From: an uncultured Spirochaetota bacterium
GTDB lineage: Bacteria > Spirochaetota > UBA4802 > UBA5550
NCBI GenBank assembly: GCA_963827275.1
Contig: CAWHAA010000001.1
Coordinates: forward strand, 201,410-265,409
DNA: 64,000 nucleotides
Direction: 5' to 3'
How positions within the stretch are numbered: the stretch's first letter is position 1; the number at the start of each line of letters is the position of its first letter. Under the pieces are notes generated by a model, which was given only the letters and a program-made list of their open reading frames with translations, ran no database searches and was not told where the DNA came from. The translations under genes were made by a program, and so were the position numbers. This document shows positions 41,783-51,219 of the stretch, piece by piece.

Positions 41783-43499
41783 ATGTACCTGCTGGCAGAC
41801 ATTAAAAACGTTCTTTACCTGTCCCGCTCCCTTGCCATATTCTTCCGCAACGAGATCCGCCGCGGCACCTTCAGGGCGAATTTCAGGAGCCTCATCAAGC
41901 AGAAAAAAATCGCCGAAGACATGTCCTGGGCGGAGCTGGCAGAGGAAAAGGCAGCGAAGCACCCCGACCGGACATTCCTCATTTTCGAGGGAAATGAATA
42001 CACCTACCGGGATATGGACGAGAACGCGAACCGGGTCGCCAATTTCTTCCAGTTTCACGGCGGCGGCAGGGGAAAGGGGGTCGCCATCTTTATGGCTAAT
42101 TGCCCCCAGTATCTCGACGTGTTCATCGGCTCGCAGAAGATCGGCATGTACTCCATCCCCATCAACACATCGCTTCGCGGAGACAGCCTGCTCTACATCC
42201 TTAACCACAGCGACGCGACCATGCTCGTCATAGACGAAGAATTCCTCGATGTGTATAACAAAATAATATCTCAGGTTGAAAACATTAAAACTGTCATCGT
42301 CAACCGCACGAACGATCATGACGTGAACCAGCTTCCCAAAGGGATGATCCCTCTCTCGGAAGCCTATCGCCAGCTCCCGAAAAAACCGGAAATCAGGTAT
42401 TCCAAGGACGATATCTGCTTCATACTGTACACCTCGGGAACGACCGGCCTTCCGAAAGGCGTCCTCTACCGCTACGGGAAGACCACGGCGAAACTCCTTT
42501 CGATTCCTGCGAACGCGTTTTATAAAAAATCGGACATCCTCTACACCGCACTTCCCCTGTTCCACGGCAATGCACTCTGGCTCTGCGATCACCCAGGCCA
42601 TGCACGCGAGCGCAAAGGTGGTCCTGGGGAAAAAGTTTTCCGCAAGTAAATTCTGGGACGAAATCCGCACACACAAGGTCACGGCATTCAACACCATCGG
42701 CGCGATGATACCGATCCTGATGAAACAGCCGCCGAAAGAGACAGACAAACAGAACAACGTCCGGTTCACCCTCTCTGCGGCCTGCCCGGCGGACGAGTGG
42801 CCGAAATTTGAGAAACGCTTCGGCATAAAAATATATGAGGGCTACGGCTCCGTCGACGGCGGCGGGAATAACATCATGAACCTGGGCAACGCGCCGGTGG
42901 GATCCATCGGCAAGCCGAGCCCCAATACGGTATACCGCCTGGTCGACAAGGACGGAAACGACGTGCCCGACGGCACGCCGGGCGAGCTGATCTTCGAATC
43001 AAAGGGCGACAGCAAGTCCGTCGAATATTTTAAAAATGAAAAAGCCTCCGGAGAAAAGACCCGGAAAGGCTGGATCTATACCGGGGACCTGGTGCGGCGG
43101 GACAAAAAGGGATATCTCTACTTCGTCGGACGAAACGCCGAGTTCATGCGCATAAAGGGCGAGAATGTCTCCGCGTACGAAGTCGAGCACGCCATCCAGA
43201 AGCACCCCTCCGTCGTCGAGGCGGCGGTATACGCGGTGCCGTCAGAGCTGGCGGAGGATGAAATAATGGCCTCCATACTGCCGGTCGAAGGCCATTCCCT
43301 CAGGGAGGCCGACCTGGTCGCATTTCTCAAGGAGAACCTCGCGAAGTTCGCCGTCCCGCGGTTCGTTAAAATCGTGACTGAATTACCGAAGACCGAGACG
43401 CAGCGAATAATCAAAAAAGAGCTTGAAAAACTGGGAATTGTCCCCGGGACCTATGACAGCCAGAAAAATATCTTCATTAAAGAATCGAAGGTGTCCTGA
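41783..43499 (+). CDS. ATP-dependent acyl-CoA ligase (CaiC-like), one frameshift near 42585
   Basis: YTSGTTGLPKG, LPLFHGNA in ORF 41783; EGYG, YTGD, GENVSAYEVE, LPKTET in ORF 42570. Confidence 0.9.
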
Positions 43500-43580
43500 T
43501 TACCATGCAATGACAGGGGTAAGAGTGTGCCTGGCCCATGCAGAGGGGACAGAATTACCCGTGAAGGAGCGTCGTATAAA

Positions 43581-44462
43581 ATGATGGCTATAAAGAACAA
43601 AAAGTGTTTTATTACCGGCGCCGCAAGCGGCATAGGGAGATCAACCGCCATAGCGCTCTCCGGACACGGCGCGCAGCTTTTTTTAACGGATATCGATGAA
43701 AATAAGCTCTCTGCAACCGTTGACGCCATCAAAAAAGACGGGGGTGCCGTCGGCGCATGGAAGAAAGCGGATGTCTCCCGCTACGATGAAGTCAGGGACA
43801 TTGCCGACCGGATCCACGCCGAATTCGGGCCGATGGACATAGTGATGAACATCGCCGGCATCGCGATATGGGGGTTTGTCGAGCAACTGCGGCACCGGGA
43901 CTGGCGGAAGATAATCGACATAAACCTCATGGGGCCGATCAACGTAATCCAGTGCTTCATCCCCTCCATGGTGGCGGCGGGACGCGGCGGGCACCTGGTC
44001 AATGTCTCATCAGCTGCCGGGCTCCTCGCCCTGCCCATGCACGCCGCCTACAGCGCGAGCAAGTTCGGGCTCCGCGGCCTGTCAGAGGTGCTCCGCTACG
44101 ACCTGATGCGCCACGGCATCGGGGTTACGGTCGTATGCCCCGGCGCGGTCGAGACCCCCCTGAAGCAGTCGGTCGAGATCATCGGCATCGACACGGATAA
44201 CGCAGAAGTTATAAGAATGAAAAATAAATTTTCAGATCGCGCCGTGACCCCGGAGAAGGTCGCGTCATTGATCATCAAAGCGGTCCAGAAAAACAGGTAC
44301 CTGGTCTTCACGTCTTTTGATATTCGGATCGCGTACTGTTTGAAGAAAAAGCTGTTTTTCGCGTATCATATTATAATGAAGCAATTGAACAACATGATGA
44401 ACGATATTGTGCGTCATGCCGGGATAAAAACAAACCGGGCAGACGGAGAAGACATTAATTAA
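43581..44462 (+). CDS. Short-chain dehydrogenase/reductase
   Basis: TGAASGIG, NIAGI, YSASK. Confidence 0.92.
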   Translation: MMAIKNKKCFITGAASGIGRSTAIALSGHGAQLFLTDIDENKLSATVDAIKKDGGAVGAWKKADVSRYDEVRDIADRIHAEFGPMDIVMNIAGIAIWGFVEQLRHRDWRKIIDINLMGPINVIQCFIPSMVAAGRGGHLVNVSSAAGLLALPMHAAYSASKFGLRGLSEVLRYDLMRHGIGVTVVCPGAVETPLKQSVEIIGIDTDNAEVIRMKNKFSDRAVTPEKVASLIIKAVQKNRYLVFTSFDIRIAYCLKKKLFFAYHIIMKQLNNMMNDIVRHAGIKTNRADGEDIN

Positions 44463-44487
44463 AGCTATCACGTCAAGAGGGAGCAGC

Positions 44488-45351
44488 ATGGATCTAAACA
44501 AAAAGTTTCCGAATAAAAGGGTCGTCATCACCGGCGCCGGCAGCGGGCTCGGAAGGGCGCTCGCGCTTGAATTTGCGAAAAAGAACTGGAAGATTGCCAT
44601 CGCTGAAATCAGCAAGGAGCGGGCCGGGGAGACGGCGGTACTGGTTGAGCAGAACGGCGGTACGCCCCTGGTGATCCCGTGCGACGTGACGAAACCGGAG
44701 GACCTCGACAGGGTGCTTGCCACGCTGAAGAAAGAATGGAACGGCGTGGACATTCTGATAAACAACGCCGGCGTGGCCTCGGCCGGATGGTTTGAGAAGA
44801 TCCCCCTTGAGAAGTGGGACTGGATCATCGGACTCAACACGAAAAGCATTGTGCACGGGTGCCGGTCGTTCATCCCGTATTTCACCGGGCAGAAATCGGG
44901 GTACATCGTCAACGTGGCATCGAACGCCGGCATCGCCTCCATGCCCGAGATGGCAAGCTATAACGCGACCAAGGCCGCGGCGATATCCCTTACCGAAACG
45001 ATTAAAATCGAGCTTTCCAGGCACAACATCGGCGTATCCGTGGTATGCCCCACGTTCTTCAAAACGAACCTGATGGACCAGTTCACGTCGCCGGACAAAC
45101 GCCAGCTCGAGCTCGCCAATACGTTTTTCGGAAACGCGCAGGTATCAGCGGAAAAGGTCGCGCGTCATACCATTACATCAATCGAGAAAAACCGCTTCTA
45201 CGTGATCACCCAGAAAGACGGAAGAAACATGTGGCGCATGAAGCGATATTTCCCGGAGCTCTATTTCAAGGTGTTCAGCCTGCTCTATAGAACGGGATTC
45301 TACGACAGACATCTCGTCAAGCTGCTCAAACTATTAAACGTTGTCGGGTAA
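44488..45351 (+). CDS. Short-chain dehydrogenase/reductase
   Basis: TGAGSGLG, NNAGV, YNATK. Confidence 0.92.
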   Translation: MDLNKKFPNKRVVITGAGSGLGRALALEFAKKNWKIAIAEISKERAGETAVLVEQNGGTPLVIPCDVTKPEDLDRVLATLKKEWNGVDILINNAGVASAGWFEKIPLEKWDWIIGLNTKSIVHGCRSFIPYFTGQKSGYIVNVASNAGIASMPEMASYNATKAAAISLTETIKIELSRHNIGVSVVCPTFFKTNLMDQFTSPDKRQLELANTFFGNAQVSAEKVARHTITSIEKNRFYVITQKDGRNMWRMKRYFPELYFKVFSLLYRTGFYDRHLVKLLKLLNVVG

Positions 45352-45424
45352 AGCGGGGGGCCTTCTTCTCCCGGCCCATACCGGGCCGGCATATCATCGC
45401 AGCAGCGATAGCGAGGTGCGTCTT

Positions 45425-46462
45425 ATGGAATTCAGGTATCTGAAAACGCGGCGTGAAAACGCCACATTGTGGGTGGAGCTGAAAAATCCGCCGGTAAATT
45501 TCCTTACGATGGACATACTGGAAGAGTTGTTTGTCCTGGTCAAAAAGACATCGAAGGACGACTCCATCCGGGTGCTGGTCCTCACCGGCAGCAGGGACGA
45601 CATCTACATCATGCACTTCTCGATACCGGAGCTTCTGCGGCTCTCGACCCATAACAAGCGGCTCCTTCTGCACCTCGCGGTCCGGTTCCGGCCCACCGCC
45701 GCCCTGCTCGCGCGCTACATGACGTTCACCAACTGGCTCATGGACCACTCCTCCTCGTATGAATGGCTTATGCTGAAGACGGCAAGACTGATACGGGGGT
45801 TTTCATCCGGCATGTTTCTCTGGTTCCAGATGATGCGGCTCTACCACGCCATTGAGCGCATGAACAAGGTCACCATCGCGGCGATCAACGGGCACTGCAA
45901 CGGCGGGGGCACCGAGCTCTCCGCCTGCTTCGATTTCAGGTTCATGGTCGGCGACGGGGGATACACCATCGGCCAGCCCGAGTGCCTGGTGGGCATCGTC
46001 CCCGGCGGGGGCAACACCCAGCGCCTCCCCCGCCTTATCGGCAGGGCCAGGGCGCTCGAGCTGATGCTCACCGGCGGCCAGTGGACCCCGGCGGAGGCCA
46101 GGCAGGCGGGGCTGATTACCGGCTATTTCAAAAAACGCGATTTTAAAAAGAAGGTGCAGGAATTCGCCGACCTGATGAGCAAGCGCCCGCCGGTGGGGAT
46201 CGACGCCATCAAGAAGAGCGTGCTCGGCGGCATGAGCGCCACCCTGCGCCACGGGTTGAGCCTCGAGCTGGTGCAGAGCCTTCGCTGCCTGGACACGAAA
46301 GACACGCAGATGGCCATGAAAGAATATATAAAATACATTGACGAAAACATAAACACCGTCAATGCTGAAACTGCGACCACGAAAGAAATCCTGGGGGTTG
46401 CCAACAAAACCCTGGATGACATGTACAACGCGAAAATTTTCAGGGGATTTGCGGGAAAATAA
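45425..46462 (+). CDS. Enoyl-CoA hydratase/isomerase family protein, paralogue of 5662..6699
   Basis: Same motifs and identical length (345 aa) as the 5662..6699 product; GAGGTG RBS. Confidence 0.9.
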   Translation: MEFRYLKTRRENATLWVELKNPPVNFLTMDILEELFVLVKKTSKDDSIRVLVLTGSRDDIYIMHFSIPELLRLSTHNKRLLLHLAVRFRPTAALLARYMTFTNWLMDHSSSYEWLMLKTARLIRGFSSGMFLWFQMMRLYHAIERMNKVTIAAINGHCNGGGTELSACFDFRFMVGDGGYTIGQPECLVGIVPGGGNTQRLPRLIGRARALELMLTGGQWTPAEARQAGLITGYFKKRDFKKKVQEFADLMSKRPPVGIDAIKKSVLGGMSATLRHGLSLELVQSLRCLDTKDTQMAMKEYIKYIDENINTVNAETATTKEILGVANKTLDDMYNAKIFRGFAGK

Positions 46463-46485
46463 CCGGACGGAGATACTGCACCACC

Positions 46486-47337
46486 ATGAACATCAAGCGC
46501 CTCGATGACAAATGCAGCAACTGCGGGCTCTGCGTGAGGGACTGCGTCGCGGGAGTCTGGCGCATTGTCAACGGGAAGCCGGAGCCGGTGGAGCCGGAGC
46601 TCTGCAACCGATGCAGCCACTGCATCGCGGTGTGCCCCCGTGACGCGATACTCCATGACGGCCTTGACGCGGCCCAGGCCGTTCGTACGAAGCGCACGGA
46701 CCTGAAGCCTGACGCCTTCCGCGACATCGTCCTTTCCCGGAGAAGCATACGGCAGTTCAGGGACAGGCCGGTGCCGCGCGAGCTGATCGAGCGCATCATC
46801 GGCCTCGCCCGCTACGCCCCCACCGCGAGCAACGACCAGGACGTCGGCTACATCGTCATCACCGACAAAAAAATAATAAAAGACGCGGCCGGGCATCTCT
46901 TCGGTTTTCTCCTCCGCCTGTACGCGCAGACCCGGAAAGGCATAGGGAAGATGATCGTCACCCGCACCGGCCTCGCGAATAACCGCTACCTGAAAGTGAT
47001 GGCATACGCCCGGCAGCAGAACGCCGAAGCAGGGAGAGACTTCATGCTGTACGACGCGCCGGTCCTCATGCTCCTGCACACGCCGAAGAAAAACCGGTTC
47101 GGCGTTGACAACTGCGCCATTGCCGCGACGACCGTGATACACTACGCCCATGCCCTCGGCCTGGGCACCTGCGTCATAGGCTTCATGACCATGGCGATAC
47201 GCTTCAGCAAAACAATGCGGAAACGCTTCGGCGTACCGGACGGCAGGAGGGTGCACGCGAGCCTGGTGATGGGGTACCCGGCGTACTACCACGCGAAGAC
47301 GGTATCAAGGAAAAAAGCGGACATCGCATGGAAATAA
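46486..47337 (+). CDS. 4Fe-4S ferredoxin-nitroreductase fusion protein
   Basis: CSNCGLCVRDC, CNRCSHCIAVCP, RRSIRQF, APTASN, GLGTC. Confidence 0.9.
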   Translation: MNIKRLDDKCSNCGLCVRDCVAGVWRIVNGKPEPVEPELCNRCSHCIAVCPRDAILHDGLDAAQAVRTKRTDLKPDAFRDIVLSRRSIRQFRDRPVPRELIERIIGLARYAPTASNDQDVGYIVITDKKIIKDAAGHLFGFLLRLYAQTRKGIGKMIVTRTGLANNRYLKVMAYARQQNAEAGRDFMLYDAPVLMLLHTPKKNRFGVDNCAIAATTVIHYAHALGLGTCVIGFMTMAIRFSKTMRKRFGVPDGRRVHASLVMGYPAYYHAKTVSRKKADIAWK

Positions 47338-47445
47338 ATCGGCCGTACCCGGGAAAAAGACCGCGCGGCGCGTTCGTGAAATTATATCATTATTTATTGA
47401 CAACCCGCGCCGTTCCGGATAATAAAAAAGGCGGAAGGTGCCTCA

Positions 47446-47883
47446 ATGTTTGATTATACCGTTCACACAGAGATTGATATCAGCGCGCCGGCCGAACGGG
47501 TCTGGCAGGTGCTGACCGACCTGGATGCCTACCCTGATTGGAACCCGATGATACGCCGCGCGGCCGGCGAGATAAAAAAGGGCGCCCGGCTCATCATATA
47601 TTTCCATCCCTCAGGATCAAAAGGGAGGACGTTTCGTCCGAAGCTTCTTGCCGTTGAACCGAACCGGGAGTTGCGCTGGCAGGGACAGCCGGGCTTCCCC
47701 CTTCTGTTTGAGAGCGAACACGTTTTTACCATCACCCCTGCCGAAAACAGGGCGGTCCGCCTCACACATGACATGATTTTTTACGGGCTGCTTATTCCTT
47801 TCGCACGAAACATCGCGCGGAGGGCAACGCACGGCCCTTTTACCGACATGAACCGGGCATTAAAGGACCGTGCTGAAAAATAA
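47446..47883 (+). CDS. SRPBCC (START-like) domain protein
   Basis: EIDISAPAERVWQVLTDLDAYPDWNP...MNRALKDRAE. Confidence 0.88.
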   Translation: MFDYTVHTEIDISAPAERVWQVLTDLDAYPDWNPMIRRAAGEIKKGARLIIYFHPSGSKGRTFRPKLLAVEPNRELRWQGQPGFPLLFESEHVFTITPAENRAVRLTHDMIFYGLLIPFARNIARRATHGPFTDMNRALKDRAEK

Positions 47884-47902
47884 TTCAAGGAGCTGTTGAT
47901 CA

Positions 47903-48910
47903 ATGAAAAAAACCATCATTGGCGCAATCGTCATCGTTGTCCTGTTCCACGTCGTCTGGTACGCGGGAAGCTGCGCCTACCAGCGAAGTGGCCTCCCTGA
48001 CAGTAAGGAAGCGAAGGAGTACCAGGCGCAATTCCTGAAAAAAATAAACATCGTCATCGATACCAAAAAAATGGAAGAGATCGACATCAATGCGAACGGG
48101 TACACGCTGCACCTCACCGTATTCCCGGTCGGGAAAAACGCGCCCTCCCTGGTCTTCATCCCCGGGACCATGTGTTACGCGCAGCTGTATATCGAATTCA
48201 TGTACAAGATGCACCGGCAGGGCTTTAACGTGGTCGGGGTCGACATGCGCGGCCACGGCATGAGCAGCGGCCTGCGCGGCAACTACGACATCAACGGCCT
48301 CGTGGACGACCTGCTGGCGGGCGTGAAGTACGCGAGGGAGCGGTTCGGCGGCAGGGTCGCGATCGCGGGAAGCAGCCAGGGCGGCATTGCGGCCTTTTAC
48401 GCGGCGGCGCGGGATGATTCGATCGCGGCGGCGGTCTGCCATAACCTCGCCGACCTGAACGGAAAAGAGAACCTGGTACTGACACGGGTCAGGATGCCGC
48501 AGTGCCTGGTGCCTGTCGCGGGATTCCTGGCAGGCGTCTACAAAAACTACTCGATCCCGGTGTCGCTCTACCTCGATCTTGAAAAGGAACGCGCGAAGGA
48601 CGGGCGGACAATCAAAGCCCTCGCGAAAGAAGACCCGCAGATGGTCTACTGGATAAGCATAAAATCCCTCGGATCATTGATGCGCACCGACCTGGCGAAA
48701 CCGGTTGAAGCGATCAGGGTGCCCGTCATGATGCTCTATTCCGACGGCGACACCATCTTTCCGCAGGCGTACGTGGAGAGCATATACAACCGCCTGACAT
48801 GCAGGAAGAACTCCCTGCTGCTCAAGGACACGGACCACATGATCGCGACCAACCACGTGGACAGGATCGTCCCGGCGACAGCGGCCTGGCTGAAAGAAGT
48901 CATGCGGTAA
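47903..48910 (+). CDS. Alpha/beta hydrolase (lysophospholipase-like) with N-terminal membrane anchor
   Basis: VDMRGHGMS, GSSQGG, DGDTIF, DHM. Confidence 0.85.
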   Translation: MKKTIIGAIVIVVLFHVVWYAGSCAYQRSGLPDSKEAKEYQAQFLKKINIVIDTKKMEEIDINANGYTLHLTVFPVGKNAPSLVFIPGTMCYAQLYIEFMYKMHRQGFNVVGVDMRGHGMSSGLRGNYDINGLVDDLLAGVKYARERFGGRVAIAGSSQGGIAAFYAAARDDSIAAAVCHNLADLNGKENLVLTRVRMPQCLVPVAGFLAGVYKNYSIPVSLYLDLEKERAKDGRTIKALAKEDPQMVYWISIKSLGSLMRTDLAKPVEAIRVPVMMLYSDGDTIFPQAYVESIYNRLTCRKNSLLLKDTDHMIATNHVDRIVPATAAWLKEVMR

Positions 48911-48932
48911 TACCGGCGCATGGAGGCATGCT

Positions 48933-50012
48933 ATGGCGGATAAAAAAACAACCCCGGGAATCGGCATTAAAAAACGCGCCCTGGACTTTCTGGGAAGCTG
49001 CGTCGACGCCCTCTTCCTGGCCGTGCCCGCGGTGTACAAGCCGTTCAAGCCGGCGCGGAAGATCGGGCGCGAGGAATTCGAGAAGCAGATCGACTACTAT
49101 ATCGTCAACGGCTACGCCGATGACCCGGCTTCTTTCTTCACCCTGCCCGGCAGCGCGCCGGCACACGCCATAATAGCGGAAAAACCGTACCATGACGGCC
49201 AGTACCAGCTCATCAGCTACGAGAGCAATTACACGGCAAAGAACCCCCTGATCCGGGAGCGGTACGACTCATACGCGAGCAACAGGACCGGCTACCTGGT
49301 CAGGTGGACCCACGGCGACGGGGAGCGCAAAACGGTCCTCTGCCACCACGGGTACATGCTCGGTGAACCGCGCCAGGCCCGGAGGATGTTCCGCGTGAAG
49401 AGCCTCTTCATGCAGGGGCTTGACGTCGCGCTGTTCATCGCCCCGTTCCACTGGCGGCGCGGCACCGGGCTCCTGTCCGAGCGGGGGATCTATCTCCAGG
49501 AGGACGACCCGGCCATGACCTGCGAATGCGTGGGACAGACCATCCATGACCTCTACGCCTCGTTCCTGCTCCTGCGCGACCTGGGCGCGCCGGAGATCGG
49601 GCTGATCGGCGCAAGCCTCGGGGGCCACTCCACGGCGCTGTTCGCCGCCCTTACCGACGTCGCCTCGTTCGCCGCCATGATGGTGCCGGCGGTGAATTTC
49701 ACCTGGCCCAAGGACCCGGACTCGGCAAAGTATCGTTTCCCGGTGGACGCCCGGCTCCGCGCGAAAATCCGCCGCGTCTGGGACCTCCACTCCCCGCTCC
49801 ATCTGGAGCCAAAGATGGACACGGACACGATGCTCGTCGTGGCCTCCCGCGGGGACCTGATCTGCCCCTTCGAGCAGGCGCGGCAGCTCTGCGATGAGTG
49901 GATGATACGGGACCGCCATTTTTTGACGGGCGGCCACTGGCTCATATTCAGCAGGGGGGTACGGGGCCGGGCATGGCGCGACCTCCTGAAAAGGACCGGG
50001 TTTATCCCCTGA
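48933..50012 (+). CDS. Alpha/beta hydrolase family protein
   Basis: HHGY, PFH, GASLGG, GDLICP, GGH. Confidence 0.82.
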   Translation: MADKKTTPGIGIKKRALDFLGSCVDALFLAVPAVYKPFKPARKIGREEFEKQIDYYIVNGYADDPASFFTLPGSAPAHAIIAEKPYHDGQYQLISYESNYTAKNPLIRERYDSYASNRTGYLVRWTHGDGERKTVLCHHGYMLGEPRQARRMFRVKSLFMQGLDVALFIAPFHWRRGTGLLSERGIYLQEDDPAMTCECVGQTIHDLYASFLLLRDLGAPEIGLIGASLGGHSTALFAALTDVASFAAMMVPAVNFTWPKDPDSAKYRFPVDARLRAKIRRVWDLHSPLHLEPKMDTDTMLVVASRGDLICPFEQARQLCDEWMIRDRHFLTGGHWLIFSRGVRGRAWRDLLKRTGFIP

Positions 50013-50045
50013 CAGCGTGAGCAAGGAAGGAGATAGACCAGCGGC

Positions 50046-51059
50046 ATGACGGAACATGCAAAAAAGCGCCACGAGGAGATATACCCCGGAATATTCAGGA
50101 TAATCCTCCCCCTTGCGGGCACGAAGCCCGGGCCGGTGAACGCCTACCTCTTTACGGGGAAACCGGTCACCCTCATCGACACGGGCACGGTGAAATCCGC
50201 GCCGGTGCTGGAGCGGGAGCTCCGCGCGATCGGGACGGCCTTCTCAGACATCGACCAGATCGTCCTCACCCACGGCCACATCGACCATTACGGCGCCGCG
50301 AAGAGGATCATCCGCGGTGCGGGCAGGCCCATCCCGGTGCTGGCCAACCTCGAGGACCGGACGCTCATCGAGCGCGGAATCGAGGTGTCGGAAAAGCAGT
50401 TTTCCCGCTACTACCGTCTCATGGGCGTGCCGTTCAGATTTCATATCTCGCTCCTGCTGGTCAGGTTGCTCTTCATGTCAATGGCCGAACAGTGCAGCGT
50501 GGACAGGCCGATATCGGAGGGAGACACGATCGCGATGGGCGGCTACACGGCCAGGGTGATAGCCACGCCGGGCCATACCAGGGGGTCCGTGAGCTTGTAC
50601 CTCGAAAAGGAAGGGCTCCTCTTCCCCGGGGACCACATACTGGGCCACATCACCCCCAACGCGTTCGTGATGCTCGAGGCGGATTTCGTCCTGCCGCGCC
50701 GCATGAGCCAGGTTGAATTCTATCACTCTCTTGAAAAAATCGAGGCGCTCGCCCCGCGGAAGGTGTATCCCGCCCACGGCGACCCGATTGATGATGTCGG
50801 CGCGGTCATCGCCATGTTCCGCGAGCAGTTTTCAACCCGCCAGCGAAAGATCATGGCGATACTCGCAGGGGGCGAAAATACCGTGTACCGCATCGGCAGG
50901 ACGTTGTTCCCCGACATAAAAGGGAAGCGCCTTCCCCTCGAGATATTCCTGCTGGTGTCGGAAGTGTACACGCACCTGCAGGTGCTCCAGAAAGAGGGCC
51001 GCGTTTCATCGGAAATGAAAAACGGCGCACTGTATTATAGCATTATTTCGCGCGGTTGA
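50046..51059 (+). CDS. MBL-fold metallo-hydrolase
   Basis: THGHIDHYG, TPGHT, GDH, PAHG. Confidence 0.9.
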   Translation: MTEHAKKRHEEIYPGIFRIILPLAGTKPGPVNAYLFTGKPVTLIDTGTVKSAPVLERELRAIGTAFSDIDQIVLTHGHIDHYGAAKRIIRGAGRPIPVLANLEDRTLIERGIEVSEKQFSRYYRLMGVPFRFHISLLLVRLLFMSMAEQCSVDRPISEGDTIAMGGYTARVIATPGHTRGSVSLYLEKEGLLFPGDHILGHITPNAFVMLEADFVLPRRMSQVEFYHSLEKIEALAPRKVYPAHGDPIDDVGAVIAMFREQFSTRQRKIMAILAGGENTVYRIGRTLFPDIKGKRLPLEIFLLVSEVYTHLQVLQKEGRVSSEMKNGALYYSIISRG

Positions 51060-51080
51060 GCATGCGCAGATGAAAATGAA

Positions 51081-51173
51081 TTGACAGTCGATGCCGTCAT
51101 CGTTCATACTGAGGGTGAGGATGTGATGCGAGGTCGCAGGGCCTCGCATTGTTTTGGCCGCGGGCCTTTTTTT
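51081..51173 (+). promoter_or_regulatory. Sigma70-like promoter followed by a structured leader with a terminator-like hairpin
   Basis: TTGACA-N18-CATACT; hairpin ATGCGAGGTC-GCAG-GGCCTCGCAT; GGCC-GCG-GGCC + T7. Confidence 0.45.
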
Positions 51174-51219
51174 CAATCCGTGGACCTTTATCATAACGCC
51201 AGAGACCATATTGCCCGAC

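Noticed and set aside
41192..42826. 544-aa minus-strand ORF and similar long antisense ORFs (e.g. 27..827, 7903..8796, 28202..29173, 30203..31402, 46123..47292, 56777..57739)
   Set aside because: Shadow ORFs opposite well-supported genes, expected from GC3-biased codon usage; no motifs
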